Positions 39,300 to 52,854 of a DNA stretch of 64,000 bases are shown one piece after another. The DNA lies in the NCBI RefSeq assembly GCF_004010195.1, contig NC_057718.1, forward strand, positions 41,263,208 to 41,327,207, written 5' to 3'. Source of the stretch: Chiloscyllium plagiosum (lineage: Eukaryota). The notes under the pieces were generated by a model, which saw nothing but the letters and a program-made list of their open reading frames with translations, did no database searches and was not told where the DNA came from. The translations under genes and the position numbers were made by a program. Every line of letters begins with the position of its first letter. The stretch's first letter is position 1.

Positions 39300-41510
39300 C
39301 AGTCATAGAGTCATCCAGCACAGAAACTGACCCTTCGGTCCAACCAGTTCATGCCGACCATAATCCCAAACTAAACTAGTCCCACCTGCCTGTGCTTGGA
39401 CCATATCGTTCTAACCATTTCCTATTCATGTACATATTCAAATGTCTTTTAAGCATTGTAACTGTGCGCACACCCACCACATCCTCTGAAAGTTCATTCC
39501 ACATAGGAACCACACTGTGTAAAAGGTTGCCCCTCATGTCTTCTTAAAATCTTTCTCCTCTCACCTTAAAAATATACTCACTATCCTTGAAATCCCCTAC
39601 CTTAGGGAAAAGACACCTGCCATTCACCTTATCTAAACCCTCATGATTTTATAAACCTCTATAAGGTCACTCCTCAATCTCCTTTGTTCTAGTGAAAAAG
39701 GTCCCTGCCTTTTCTTATAACTCAAACTTTCCATTCCCAGCAACATCTTGGTAAATCGTTTCTGAACCCTCTCTAACTTAATAATATCCTTCCTATGTCA
39801 GGCCAACCAGAACGGAACACGATACTCCAGAAGAGACCTCTCCAACATCCTGTACAATCACAACATGATGTCCCAACGCCCATACGCAAAGGTCTAAGCA
39901 ATAAGGCAAGTGTGCTAAACACCTTCTTAACCACCCTGTCTACATGTGAAGCAAACTTCAAATAATTATGTACATGATACTAGATCTGTCTTTTCTACAG
40001 CACTACTCAAGGTCCTACTTTTAATTGAATATGTCCTGCCCTTATTTGTTTTACGAAAATGCAATACGTCACATTTATTCAAATTAAACTCCTGCTGCCA
40101 CGCCTCAACCCAATGATCCAATTGACCAAGATCTCTTTGTAATCTTAAATATCCATCTTCGCTGTCCAATATTCCAAAAAATTTAGTGTAATCTGCAAAT
40201 GTACTAACCTTCTATATTCTCATCTCAATAATTTATATAAACAACAAACAAAAGTTGACACAACACTGATCCCTGTGGAACACAGTTGTTAATCGGCCTC
40301 CAGGCAGAAAACCACCATTCACCACCACCGTCCGTCTCCTGCCATTAAGCTAATTTTGTATCCAATTGCAAAGCTCACCGAACCCCATGTGATCTAACTT
40401 TACTAATTAGTCTACCATGTGGAACCTTTTCAAAGGCTTTCCCTAAGGTCCAAGTAAACAATATCCACTGCTTTGCCCTCATAAATCTTCCTGGTTACTT
40501 ACTGAAAAAACTCAATTAAGTTTGTGAGACACAATTTATCTTGCACAAAACCATGCTGACTATCCTTAATTCTTCCTCGCCTCTCCAAGTGCATAGAAAA
40601 CCTAAATTTCAGAATCATCTCCAACAACTTATCCACCACTGAAGTCAGACTCACAGATCTTTCATAACCAGATGTCTCCTTACATCCCTTCTTCAATAAA
40701 GACACAACATTAGCCACTCTCCAGTCACCTCACCCATAGTTATAGATGACAAAATATTTTTGTTAGGGGCCCCACAATGTCCTTCCTAACTTCCCACAAC
40801 AGCTTGAGATACATTAGATCAGGTGCCGGAGATTTATCCACTTTTATATTTCCTAAGACCTTCAACAGTTCCTCTTGAGTAATGTGAACTGTTTTCATAA
40901 CCTCAATACTAATTCCCCTGAGTTCTATAGCTTTCATTTCTTTCTCCACAGTAAAAACTGATGCGATATACTCGTTTAATATCTCTCCCATCTCCTGAAG
41001 TTCAAGATAATTTCTTTAGTCTTTAAGGGGCCCAACTTTCTCTCTAGTTGCTCTCTTGCTCTTAATGTACTTGTAGAAACTCTTCAGGTTATCCTTAACC
41101 TTATCTGTCAAATTTATCTCATATCCCCTTTCCCTTCCTGACCTCCCTCTTAAGAACGTCCCTACACTCTCTATACTGTTAAGAGATTCATTTGAACCCG
41201 GTTGTCTACAGAGGAACCTCGATTATCTGAAGGACATGGGCGGGAGTATTTTGTTTGGTTAATCGAATGCTGGATAATCGAATGCCGGATAACGATTTTG
41301 CCTGTCCTCGGATGCTGCCTGAATTGCTGTGCTCTTCCAGCACCACTGATCCAGGATAACATAGTGTAGCCAAGTATTAGGACCTTGCGATTTTGTTCAG
41401 GTCATCCAAAATTTGGATAATCAAATGTTGGATAATTGAGGTTCCTCTGTATATCTCATAGGTAATTCTTTTTTATCCTTGACTAGAGCACAAAATTTTT
41501 ATTAATCCAA
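39300..41510 (-). mobile_element. CR1 LINE, about 2-kb degenerate ORF2 fragment
   Basis: ILNEYIASVFT, KVDKSPAPD, ANVVSLLKKG..VSLTSVV..SQHGF..CLTNLIEFF, LQRDLGQL..FNLNKC; tail at about 39300. Confidence 0.9.
41209..41449. mobile_element. Tc1/mariner-superfamily (Tigger/pogo-like) MITE
   Basis: TIRs CAGAGGAACCTCGATTATC / GATAATTGAGGTTCCTCTG with TA on both sides (41207-41208, 41450-41451); carries a pLTR-like fragment at about 41306-41354. Confidence 0.85.
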
Positions 41511-42392
41511 CTGGGTTTCCAAAAATAATCTCTGATGATATGTCCATGACATTCACTTGCATATTTTAAACTGCAAGATTTTGTTTTTATATTATATCAA
41601 ATATGTACTGACAGATAATATATTGTACTACATTGTAAATCTATTGCTTTTCCCAGTGTCGGAAGTGGTATTTTCAGGTTACTGTTTACTTTAAAAAATC
41701 AAAATTGGAAGAGCAAAAGTAATAACCTGAAAGAGAACGCCCAAAGTGGCAGAGCTGAAATGAGAACTATTAAAGAACTTATGCTGGAATGAGACTGTAC
41801 ATTTGTCCACAGAGGCTGTTTGTGGCTGTCAGTTGTGCCAAATTTCATTCACTTTACTTACAGAAGTCTGATGACATTTTCACTTGCAGCATAATCATTT
41901 CCTTCTTTTAAAACAACCAAAACAGCATAGACTACAGGATCCCTCTGACAGCAATATATTACGTCTATCACTTGTCATCGACCAGATGAACATATTGTCA
42001 GACCTTCTGTTCCTCGTTTGTCAATGTTGCTTTTAAGTTGGGATTTTGATTCAAGTAGCTTTGTAGGTATTTTGTCCTGTAATCTTTTCCATAGAATAAA
42101 AAAAACTATCCTGAAATTTATGAATGCTAAACTAACCTCTAAATGGATTAGTGTAGGGTAGAACATTTAGTTTTTGTTAAGCAACATACAATATAACTAG
42201 AGTTCAGAATATATTGATGGAATAGAGAACGGGAAGAGGAATAATTATTTAAATATAGCCAACGCCAGAGATACTCATTTCTATGCTTTCAAAATAGAAG
42301 ACTCCATCCTCTTGAGCCATGATACATTTGTATTACTGGAAACTTAGCTTCATAATTCTATTCTGCTGGAGAGTTTGGCAGCATCAAATAGA

Positions 42393-43352
42393 GCTGAAAA
42401 TGTGTTGCTGGAACAGCGCAGCAGGTCAGGCAGCATCCAGAGAACAGGAGAATCGACGTTTCGGGCAAAAGCCCTTCTTCAGGAATGAGGAAAGTGTGTC
42501 CAGCAGGCTAAGATAAAAGGTAAGGAGGAGGGAGTGGCGCAAGTCTTGCACCTCCTGCGGTTGCAGGGGAAGGTGGCGCAAGTCTTGCACCTCCTGCGGT
42601 TGCAGGGGAAGGTGGCGCAAGTCTTGCACCTCCTGCGGTTGCAGGGGAAGGTGGCGCAAGTCTTGCACCTCCTGCGGTTGCAGGGGAAGGTGGCGCAAGT
42701 CTTGCACCTCCTGCGGTTGCAGGGGAAGGTGGCGCAAGTCTTGCACCTCCTGCGGTTGCAGGGGAAGGTGGCGCAAGTCTTGCACCTCCTGCGGTTGCAG
42801 GGGAAGGTGGCGCAAGTCTTGCACCTCCTGCGGTTGCAGGGGAAGGTGCGGGGAGTGGAGGTTGGGTTGGTGGGGGGTGTGGATCTGATGAGGGAGTCAC
42901 GGAGGGAGTGGTCTTTACGGAATGCTGATGGGGAGGGGAGGGAAATATATCCTTGGTGCTGGGGTCTGTTTGGAGGTGGCGGAAGTGACGGCGGATGATG
43001 CGCTGTACATGGAGATTGGTGGGGTGGTAGGTGAGGACCAGTGGGGTTCTGTCCTGGTGGCGGTTGGAGGGGTGGGGCTCAAGGGCGGAGGAGCGGGAAG
43101 TGGAAGAGATGCGGAGGAGGGCATCGTCGACCACGTCGGGGGGGAAATTGCGGTCCTTGAAGAAGGAGGCCATCTGGGTTGTACGTTTTTGGAACTGGTC
43201 CTCCTGGGACACACTTTCCTCATTCCTGAAGAAGGGCTTATGCCCGAAACGTTGATTCTCCTGTTCCCTGAATGCTGCCTGACCTGCTGCGCTGTTCCAG
43301 CAACACATTTTCAGCTCTGATCTCCAGCATCTGCAGACCTCACTTTCTCCTC
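42393..43352 (-). mobile_element. Penelope-like insertion with inverted pLTR ends and internal tandem array
   Basis: TSD CAGCATCAAATAGA at 42379-42392 and 43353-43366; RT-thumb region closely matches 27630-27897; hammerhead cores at 42458-42482 (-) and 43226-43250 (+). Confidence 0.92.
42534..42845. repeat. 8 identical copies of a 39-bp tandem repeat
   Basis: Unit GTGGCGCAAGTCTTGCACCTCCTGCGGTTGCAGGGGAAG; the minus frame reads TFPCNRRRCKTCA. Confidence 0.97.
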
Positions 43353-45006
43353 CAGCATCAAATAGATACTACTGTATACTTGCAACTTTTTGCCATTACC
43401 TGCCCATTTGTGTGAAAGTCCACAAACATGTTGATGGAATAATTCTGGTGGAGTTCAATGTGCAACTAAAAACCATATTCCAATATGCTTATGAGAAGTA
43501 ATCATGCTCAGTATGTTCAAGTCCTTAGGTAACCTTTTCAGTATTAGATCAATAACAGGATGTCGATGACACACCCAGCTAATCTATTCTGAATGTCAAG
43601 TTGATATGTCAACATGAATACAACAGTAAGAACAAATATTGTATGTAAAAATGAACAGACACTGCTTTGTTCTTCTTCAGAGAACAAAATATTCCACCAA
43701 ATTATTTCTTGTGGCTACAGATATGTCTAGGCAAAGATTTTAATTTGATCGCATAAAGACCTTTCCAAAACTGAATCTTAGATGAGGCCATCAACCATAT
43801 TGAAGGCTTTCTTTGACATTGAGTTTGACTATGAGAACTATAGTGCCACAGACTGGAAGCATGGAGCTTATGAGGATTTAAAAGTAGAATTTTGGAAGAA
43901 TAATATGGGTGTGGGATAGGATTAGTTTGAGCAGTAAGTTATATAGGAGAAATATAATTGTTCTGTCTGAGATCCAGCAGTGAGTCATATAGACATTAAT
44001 GGCAATCCTTACTGCCAATGCACAACTGAAAAAGGGATTATTCTAAAATGTCTTATTTATATTTTCAGAAGGAATGGGGTGGCATTTTTGAATATTTTGA
44101 CTGCTTCCATTCCAGTTTGATTTGTTTTGGACAAATATATTGTTAGCAGTCCAAAAATAGCAACAAAGAACTAACGGCTTTGTCACTCTTTCTTTTACCA
44201 GAATGAACCTTTGAATATATTTAAGTTGCATTTTTTTTGCCAAAGAAAATTCTGTTTCTTGAATCTATTCAATGCCTCTTTCTCACAGAATGTAATAAAG
44301 TATTACTGGGAGGCTTTGAAAATGTGTATTGCTGTGCTGTTTTGTCCCAATCTGCCACTGTTCTGGCATGGACTGAACTTTGTAAAAAGAATCAAGAAAC
44401 CCAGGAATCAGGAGACCGTGAGGACATTCTCTCAAAAAGCCATAATATAAAGTATACCATAATATCCTCTTTCACTATGAAGGATGAATAGAATTTTAAG
44501 AAAGTACCTGTTTTTTTTATCTTAATGACCACTACCTTGTCTTTTACCAATAGCTTCTGGGTACATTTGATAGACAAAATACATATTGTAGTTCTTCCAG
44601 CATTTATTAAAATATCATAGCCATGAAAGGCATTTGGCTTATTGTTCAAAAGCTAGTCACAGATATGGAAACAATCTAATGTGTAACAATTGTGACTTGC
44701 ACTGATTACATGTGGAAAGACGACATTCAACAATGTTTTTATTTATTGTCCTTTTTCATGATTTCCTAGATTTTTAGCCTAAAAGACCTCTAATTTCCAT
44801 GTTATCCTCATTGGGAAGGAAGCTATGCTGGGACAGGACATGCAATGTCAATTCTCTTAGTAATGAAGCCAGGTTTACACTGTCGTAATTACAATGCTCC
44901 ACTTCTACAGCATGTGAACAGAAATGAGAGGTTATACAATGTTATGCCCTCAAGAGAACCACAAACCTTCTTCACACATCTTTGTTTATAGAATCTCATA
45001 GAATTC

Positions 45007-45308
45007 TGGGGCACTACAATGGCTCAGTGCTTAGCACTGCTGTCTCACAATGCCAAAAACCCAGCATCGGGCGACTGTCTATGTGGAGTTTACACATTTT
45101 CCCCGTATTTGCATGGGTTTCCTCCCAAAGACCAAAGATGAACAGGTTAGGTTGAATGGCCATGCTAAAATGCCCATAGTGTCCAGGGATGTGTAGGTTA
45201 GGTGGATTAGCTGGATTATGTAGGATTGCAAGGATGGGTTGGGGTGGAATGTCAGTGTGGACACAATGGGCTGAATGGCCTGCTTCCACACTGTAGGGGG
45301 TCTATGAT
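45007..45308 (+). mobile_element. HE1-type V-SINE, degenerate
   Basis: TGGCTCAGTGCTTAGCACTGCTGTCTCAC head, V core, ttccacactgtaggg..ctatgatt tail. Confidence 0.85.
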
Positions 45309-47489
45309 TTTTAATTATGCTCAGGAACAAAGTTGTTATATGACACAATATCTCATTGCTGCTACAACTCTTCATGTCTCAAAAGTCAAGTGACATTTCT
45401 TCCCAACATTCTCAGTTTCCCTTTCTTAACCTACACCTTGCCCATTTTTACCCATTTTTCTGTTTCTCCTGTGTTTTTTTTCTAATCCTCTCTATCTGTG
45501 TTGTCTCTCAAGGTCTTTATTGAATTTTTTGTCTTCTTCCACCCCCTCCCACACCCCAGGGGCTCTCCTTTGGCTTTCTTCCTTCCTCCTAATATTAAGG
45601 TCAAACTCACAGCTTGCAACTCAATTATGGCTATGTGCTGTGTTTACAAACTTGTGGCAATCAAAAGTGAAACCAAAACCAATAAAATAATACATCCAAA
45701 AAAAGGACAGTTTTTTTGCACTTTAGATGTCCTTTAGCAAAGATATTATGCCATTTCTGCTATGTTGCAATTTACTTCACAATGAAATATTAGAACAAAA
45801 AGACATAACACCTGCAAGTGTAATGTTCTAAGTATTGAAAAGTTCACAGAAGCAGGTGAAATTCAATACATTGTACAAATATTCTACATGGGTCCACAGA
45901 AATATTCTCTGTGGTACTATTGTGTGTGTGTGTGTGTGAGATATATGTAGCTGGCTTCTGAACAAATTTGAAATGAAAACTACTTGTGTTAGAGGACCCA
46001 TGTCGGTTAATTTGGAAATCTAAATTCATGAAAACATAATAACTCTGAAATGCTGATACCTTCAAAAGGCTCTCATTTCTAAGACTACAAAATGGAAAAA
46101 GGAGAGAATAGAAAATTTGATGAGCAAGAGAGGTGGGTGAGATGGGGTGAGGGGCAAGCTCAGATCCTTAGTCCATTCCATTAGTTTCAAATGAAGATTT
46201 TAGCATACCTGAAGATACTCCCAGGCTGCCCCTTAGTCTTTGTCCACTGCGCCCTGGTAGGCCCAGCAGAACTTGCACCCACTGAAATCTGGCATGGTCA
46301 CTCCTAGTGGCCTTCTGAAAGTAGGGAGGTCAGGTAAGATGGCAAGGTTGAGGGTGTTCACTATTAAAATTAGGTATAACAGTTTATCCAGAGAAAGAGA
46401 TTTAGGGTTGGCAGTGATGTAGTGGAATTACAGAACAGTGAATTGAGATGAAGTCTGAATTCATTGAAGGTGACCCAGGATTTATCCACCAAAAGGGCAA
46501 AAACCTTAAGTGCAATCCTTTGGAAAACTCTAGACTCACAACATGTACATAGGGCAAAGCAGTCAGCAAAAAAAGTCTGGGTTGGTTTTCTACTTTTTTC
46601 CTTATGATTAGTTCACGATTACAGGAATTGTCTGGTAATACTTCCAATTATTTGAATGGAAGTTACATTTGATGGTTTTGATAACATGTGATTGATTTAT
46701 AACACTAGCCTTAATAGCTGCAGAATTGAATATCTACCTCCTCCATTCAAATAAAACTGTGTTGCTTGGTATTAATAGGCTGGATTACCAGGGTTCATAG
46801 GCCACAATCTGGATCCTCCAGCCAACAAAACAAAAGTCACATACTTTATCAGCTGTATTCAATTTAAAGCAACAGCCAAGAGACAAAAACAAATTGTAAC
46901 CCAGTCTTCTGCTTTTCCATTATTTTTCCTTCACCAGTTGTCTTTCCTTATTGCTATTTGTAGATCGGATAGCATAATTAATTTAAAAAGTGTGATGAAT
47001 CAAATACTGTAATCATGTATTGAGCCTCTGTTAATTCAGTTCTCTTTTCAATGCACCTCCAGTTGCTGATGTATTTCCGAAATTTCTTCTGAAATTTTTC
47101 CAGAGGTTCTGTATCTGTTACACTCACAGCCAAGTATCCGGAAAAACATGCCAGTTAGTCCTAGACAGTGTTTGATTTCCTGCTTCTTTGTCTGTTATTA
47201 ATGTGAATGTATCTTTCCTATATTCTGTTCCACTCACTGGGTGGAATTTGCTGTGTGTCTGTTCCACTTGTAGCTAACATAGTGCTGCCTACTTTTATGG
47301 AAACTTACTATTTGAGTCTGGTAATGACAGCCATAAGTTTGGTAACATTCTTTCATTCCAGTCTAAAGTACAGTTCTGTGAACTGGAAATTATTTCAGTT
47401 GTGCAATCCTAAGGCCTCATAGCCATTTATTAATATTAAATTTGCAGATTATTTATTAAAAATTTCCCACTTAAACCATATTAGCAATT

Positions 47490-49300
47490 TACCCACTCAC
47501 CTTGACTCCATCCTCTCCACTTGCACAGACCTTCCCACCTACATCCTCTGATGCCCTCGCCATAATAAAAATTTCCAGTTCTTTGGCCCTAACTGCCTCC
47601 AATTCACCATGGATATCCAATCCCTCTATACCTCCATTCCCCACCAGGATGGTCTGAGAGCTCTCAGCTTCTTCCTTGACCTGAGGTCTGAACAATCGCC
47701 AACCACCCCCACTCTCCTCTGCCTGGCTGAACTTGTTTTCTCACTGAACATTTTCTCCGTTAATTCATCTCACTTCTGCCAAGTCAAAGGAGTGGCTATT
47801 GGCACCCAAATGAGTGCCAGTTATTCGTTGCCACTTTATGGTGTATATAGAATGATCCTTGTCCAATCTTACACTGGGCCCCTCCCATAACTCTTTTCTT
47901 GGTACATCAAAGACTGCTTCGGTGCTGCTTCATGTACCAGCCAGGACCTTGAAAACTTCATTCATTTTGTCTCTAGTTCCCACCCCTCTATTACTTTCAA
48001 ATCATCCTTTTCCAACACTTCCCTTCCTTTCCTTGATCTCTCTGTCTCCATTTTGGGGAATACACTGCTATCCACTACAATGCCACGGACTCCCATAGCT
48101 ACCTTCATTACAGCTTGTCACATCCCATGTCGTGCAAGGACTCCATTCCATTCTCCCAGTTCCTTCACGTGCATTGCATCTGTTCAGATGATGTCACTTT
48201 GCAAAATAGCACTGCTGTCATGGCTTCCTTCTTCTATAACCTTGGTTTCCCACCCACTGTGGTTGACAGGGCCCTCAACCGCACCATGCCTCCTCCCTTG
48301 CCCCTTTCCATCACTCACAACGTGATCGTGTTCCCCTTGTCCTCACCTTTCATCCCACCAGCCTCTGCATTCAAGGATTCATTCTCTGCCATGACAGACA
48401 ACTCCAGCACAATGCCACCACCAAACACATCTTCACCTCACTCTCCCATCTGCATTTCACAGGGATCGTTCCCTTCCGGACACCCTAATGCATTCTGCAA
48501 GCGCCAACACCATCTTCTCCTCTCCAAGGACCTTCCCATGTAAGGCAGAAGGTGCAACACCTGCCCTTTCACCTCCTCCCTGCTCACCATCCAAGAGCCT
48601 AAACAGTCTTTCCAGGTGAAGCAGCATTTCACCTGCAACTCCTCTGATCTTGTGTATTGTATCTGCTGCACCCAATATGGCCTACTCTACATTGGAGAAA
48701 CCAAACACAGACTGAGTGATCATTTTGTGGAACACCTTCAGTCAGTGCACAAGCATGACCCCAACCTTCCTGTAGCCAATCATTTTAACAAAGCATCCTG
48801 CTCACATGCTCACATTCGGTCCTCAGCATGCTGCAGTGTTCCAGTGAGTCACAGTGCAAACTGGAGGAACAACATCTCCTCTTCAAAAAACACACTTTAC
48901 ATCCTTCTGGATTTAATATTGAGTTCAACACCTTTAAATCGTGAACCAACTTCCATTTCTTCCCTTTCTTTTAGCTTGTTGTCAGATCCTCCACTGCACC
49001 CTCCCCTGGAACCACCACCACTTCCTGTCCTTTCAAGTCTGGTGGAAGACACACCATTGTTCTGCCATTCTCATACTGTGATCAATTAATCTGACCTACC
49101 AACGCCTTTTCTCCACTAGCACCCTACACCCATTACCCCCACCCCACCACACCCCCCAGACTATACATAAATGTTGTCCCGCTCCACACTTCTTTTCAGC
49201 TCTGATGACGAGTCACCTAGACTCGAAAGTTAGCTCGCTCTGTCTCCATGGATGCTGTCTGACCTGCTGTGATCGTCACCATTTGTTGTTTTCCGTTCAC
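47490..49300 (+). mobile_element. Degenerate Penelope-like element (RT, GIY-YIG and pLTR)
   Basis: MDIQSLYTSIPH, QVKGVAIGTQM, SIPFSQFL, LVYCICC..LYIGETKHRLSDHFVEH; hammerhead core at 49202-49228. Confidence 0.9.
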
Positions 49301-50256
49301 TGTCAATTTATTAGATGTTTTAGCTTGACAATCAACTTTTTTACTGACTACACCTTCATTTTCATGTATCATTTAAATGGAATTATAAATATCATATAAA
49401 AGAATGCCTTTGCCCCTTTCTTTCCTGTTTATTACCATGAGGGTCAGAAATTCCTTTATTAACAAGAGTCGGAGGATGCCTGTTTTATTCAGTGATTAAG
49501 AACCCTTTAATACAATTCAAAGTTGCAAAGTCACACACTCTTGCAGTATTGTTAGTGGCTCATTATTTCCAGAGAAAACAGGGAGTTTCCCATTTTTTAT
49601 AAAACTGGGAGTACCACCTGCTCTTTCTAAGTAGCACCTCGGCTTCTTCATCTTCACTCCTATGCCTTTGTGTTTTTTTCATTTTGTGTATCAGGTTGGT
49701 GTTAAAGACAATTCATCATACAATAAACATATTAAAAGCTGTTCTAGGTTTGACCACTGCAATGCTTTAAAAAGCATAAACTTTTGTTCTGAACATTTTT
49801 AACCCCATGTATTGTAGTGTTATGGTATCATCATATATCACCTCTCTATTCCAACTCAATGATAAAGTAGGTTACTGTAAGTTCAAGAAGGGAATGAATA
49901 ACTCATAAAATTGGTATAATAAAGGTAATTATTGAAACGTTTTAAATATATATTTAATTATACCCATGGTGTCCTGTCTGACAGGCAGAAACTAGGTAAA
50001 ATGAAGACCAATGTAGTAGGGTGACAACCTATACCTTAATTAGGACCAAGTGATGATTGACGTAAAATTGAATGTCTCAGTCAACCAAGACTGCCACTTT
50101 CAACATGCTCTTGATCTATTCAATATGTTAATTAAGGTTCCAAAATCTGTTGTCAGACCTGTCTGGGAAACTAGGCTGCACTATGTAGACATTGGGCCTA
50201 TTTCACTAAGATTTCAAAGATGTAATGAAGACTAACCGACAGTTGCCACCAAGGGG

Positions 50257-50472
50257 TAAAGTTTAAAATCACATCATGCCAGGTTATTGACCAACAGGTT
50301 TATTTGGAAGCACAAGCTTTCGGAACACTGTTCCTTCATCAGGTAGCTATTTGATGATGGAGCAGCAGTCGGACAGCTTATGCTTCCAAATAAACCTGTT
50401 GGACTCTAACCTGGCGTTGTGCGATTTTTAACTTTGTCCACCCCAGTCCAGCACTGGCTCCTTCACATCATG
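50257..50472. mobile_element. Fold-back mini PLE
   Basis: Inverted pLTR halves; hammerhead core at 50317-50342 (-); ACCAAGGGG repeated at 50248-50256 and 50473-50481. Confidence 0.8.
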
Positions 50473-52176
50473 ACCAAGGGGCAAGTTTATATACATATAC
50501 TTACTTTTAAAAATTACTTTGGTGTTAAGTTGGAATGTTCTTTTAAGATTCAAACACTGTTGAAGGCTTTGATCAAATCCTCTCTCACTGCCCTTTCTAC
50601 CTGGAACTTGACTACAGAGGCCACTAGTGCAGATGCAAAGGATATAAAATTTGATTTTCCAGTCGAACAAGCAGAGGGTGCAACAAATACTGGCAGCTCA
50701 TGCGATTGCTTAGCTGCTGCTCGAGGCAAATATTTCTTGAGATCCTCAGGCTTTCATCTTCATGCACGAAGCTAAATCATTGCAGGTAATGAGCATCTGA
50801 AAATTGACCGAAATGAATTTCCAGTATCTAGCATTAATAGGGCACAACGTTATGTGTCACAAAGCTGGTCCTTTTCTCTAAAAGCTGGTTTCTCAAGGAT
50901 ACTGTGTCTTTGGTTTTTTTCAGAGGGGCCGTAAAACAGGCCGGGCTCCGAAACGACTGGTTTGGCACAGAGATGAAAAGGGTGTTGTAAGGCCTTTTTG
51001 TTTAAACATAAACAGATGAAACTTTAGGCCAAAGTTTTCCCGATTTAGAAGTGACCTGTATCATGAAAGGCAAGTGGTCAGTTCTGGCAGCTGAATTCTT
51101 GTTGTTAGTCAGTTCAGTTCAGCAGTGGGCTGTGTGGAAAAAGGCTGCTAGATTCTCTCACCTTCTGCCCTCCTAACTTTGACCTGTAAGCCTCTATTTC
51201 AGTTTTACTCAATGTTTAAGAGGTTTGTTTATTGGGACTGTTGTGTATTTTTGGAACAGCATAATTAAGTCTAGTTTGGATAGACTGAGTTCTGTGGATG
51301 AGGTAAAAACAATGACTGCAGATGCTGGAAACCAGATTCTGGATTAGTGGTGCTGGAAGAGCACGGCAGTTCAGGCAGCATCCAAGGAGCTTCGAAATCA
51401 ACGTTTCGGGCAAAAGCCCTTCATCAGGAATAAAGGCAGTGAGCCTGGAGCGTGGAGAGATAAGCTAGAGGAGGGGCCCTAAAGGAGCCTTCCACATCCA
51501 TCAAAGTTTTACTTGCACATCCACTATAACCATTTATTGTATCCGTTGCTCCCGATGCGGTCTCCTCTACATTGGGGAGATTAGGCGCCTCCTAGCAGAG
51601 CGCTTTAGGAACACCTCCGGGACACCCACACCAATCAACCACACCGCCCCGTGGCCCAACATTTCAACTCCCCCTCCCACTCTGCCGAGGACATGGAGGT
51701 CCTGGGCCTCCTTCACCGCCGCTCCCTCACCACCAGACGCCTGGAGGAAGAACACCTCATCTTCCGCCTCGGAACACTTCAACCCCAGGGCAACAATCTG
51801 AACTTCAACAGCTACCACATTTCCCCTTCCCCCACCTCATCCTAGCTTCTAACCTCCAGAAACTCGATCCCCTGACCTGTCCGGACTTGTCCGGCCTGCC
51901 CAGCTCCTTTTCCACCTATCCACTCCACCCTCTCCTCCCTGACCTATCACCTACATCCCCTCCCCCACTCACCCATTGTACTCTATGCCCAGTGATAAGG
52001 GCAGTGTCCTGCTCCTCAGAGCCTCAGGCAGATGCAGTAAGGGATCACCTCCCCAGGGACAGAGCCCAAGAAGTACTATCCACTCTATGCACAGAGCTCC
52101 AACATAAAGTACATCCATACAGGTTAACCTGTTCCGGGAATACCTTTGCATTAAGATATAATGCCCTCTGTCCTAC

Positions 52177-52292
52177 CTGTTCTCCTCCCATGTTGACTAA
52201 AAGCTCAGTCCCATCAGGGTTGAAGGCTACATAGGTGGCTACAAGCACACGGAGGCGATTGTTATAATCAGGCTGTTTCACTGGGAGATGAC
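52177..52292 (-). CDS. WDTC1: WDTC1 exon, 116 nt (GHLPVKQPDYNNRLRVLVATYVAFNPDGTELLVNMGGEQ)
   Basis: Peptide closely matches vertebrate WDTC1 as recalled; cag acceptor after a pyrimidine tract, gtagga donor; phase 1 to 0. Confidence 0.93.
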
Positions 52293-52720
52293 CTGCAGCG
52301 AGGGCGGGGGGGGGGAAAAGAGAGAGAGAGAATTAGTCAGAAACTACAGAATACTGAAATGTCTTTATAGCCAGAGAATCTCAATTAAGCTGAATCTAGT
52401 CAGTGACAATACTTAACTGCAAGAGAAGCTATTCAACTATAAGAGGATTAAATAGCCTCTTTCAAGATCCAAACATGTATTTTCTGGCACAAATATTGTT
52501 GAAGTGATCACAGAAATGGAGAATTAGGGTCATGGATATCTCTGTTCAGAACAGATAGTTACACATTTCCCCAGCGGTTCAAGTTTCAACCATAACTTTG
52601 ATATAAATGTGATGAAAAATCTTTAAAGATACATAGCAGAAGAATGTAGTATGATCAGACACAAAGGGGCATTTCTGTTGGATTAACAGATTAGCTGAAG
52701 GCTTTATCTTTTAGTGATAC

Positions 52721-52854
52721 TGGTACACATTGCACATCCTCTCAGTTACCTTTCACTGGTACCACTAACAAACCCATGAGCAAATCCCTGCTCTAATAAT
52801 AGCCTGTTCAAGAAAACAATTAGCATCTTGTAAAGATGACCTATACACAATGGT
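52721..52854. repeat. 134-bp dispersed direct repeat, copy 1
   Basis: Aligns without gaps to 54448-54581 with 10 mismatches (hand count). Confidence 0.9.

Noticed and set aside
42426-42998. CRISPR-like appearance and repeat-protein ORFs of the 39-bp array
   Set aside because: Units are contiguous with no spacers, there are no cas genes, the context is eukaryotic, and the unit is a piece of the PLE ORF.
43350-43375. Minus-strand YLFD resembling the next WDTC1 exon (VYLFDL)
   Set aside because: Preceded by an in-frame TAG and not followed by a WDTC1-like sequence; it is part of a TSD.
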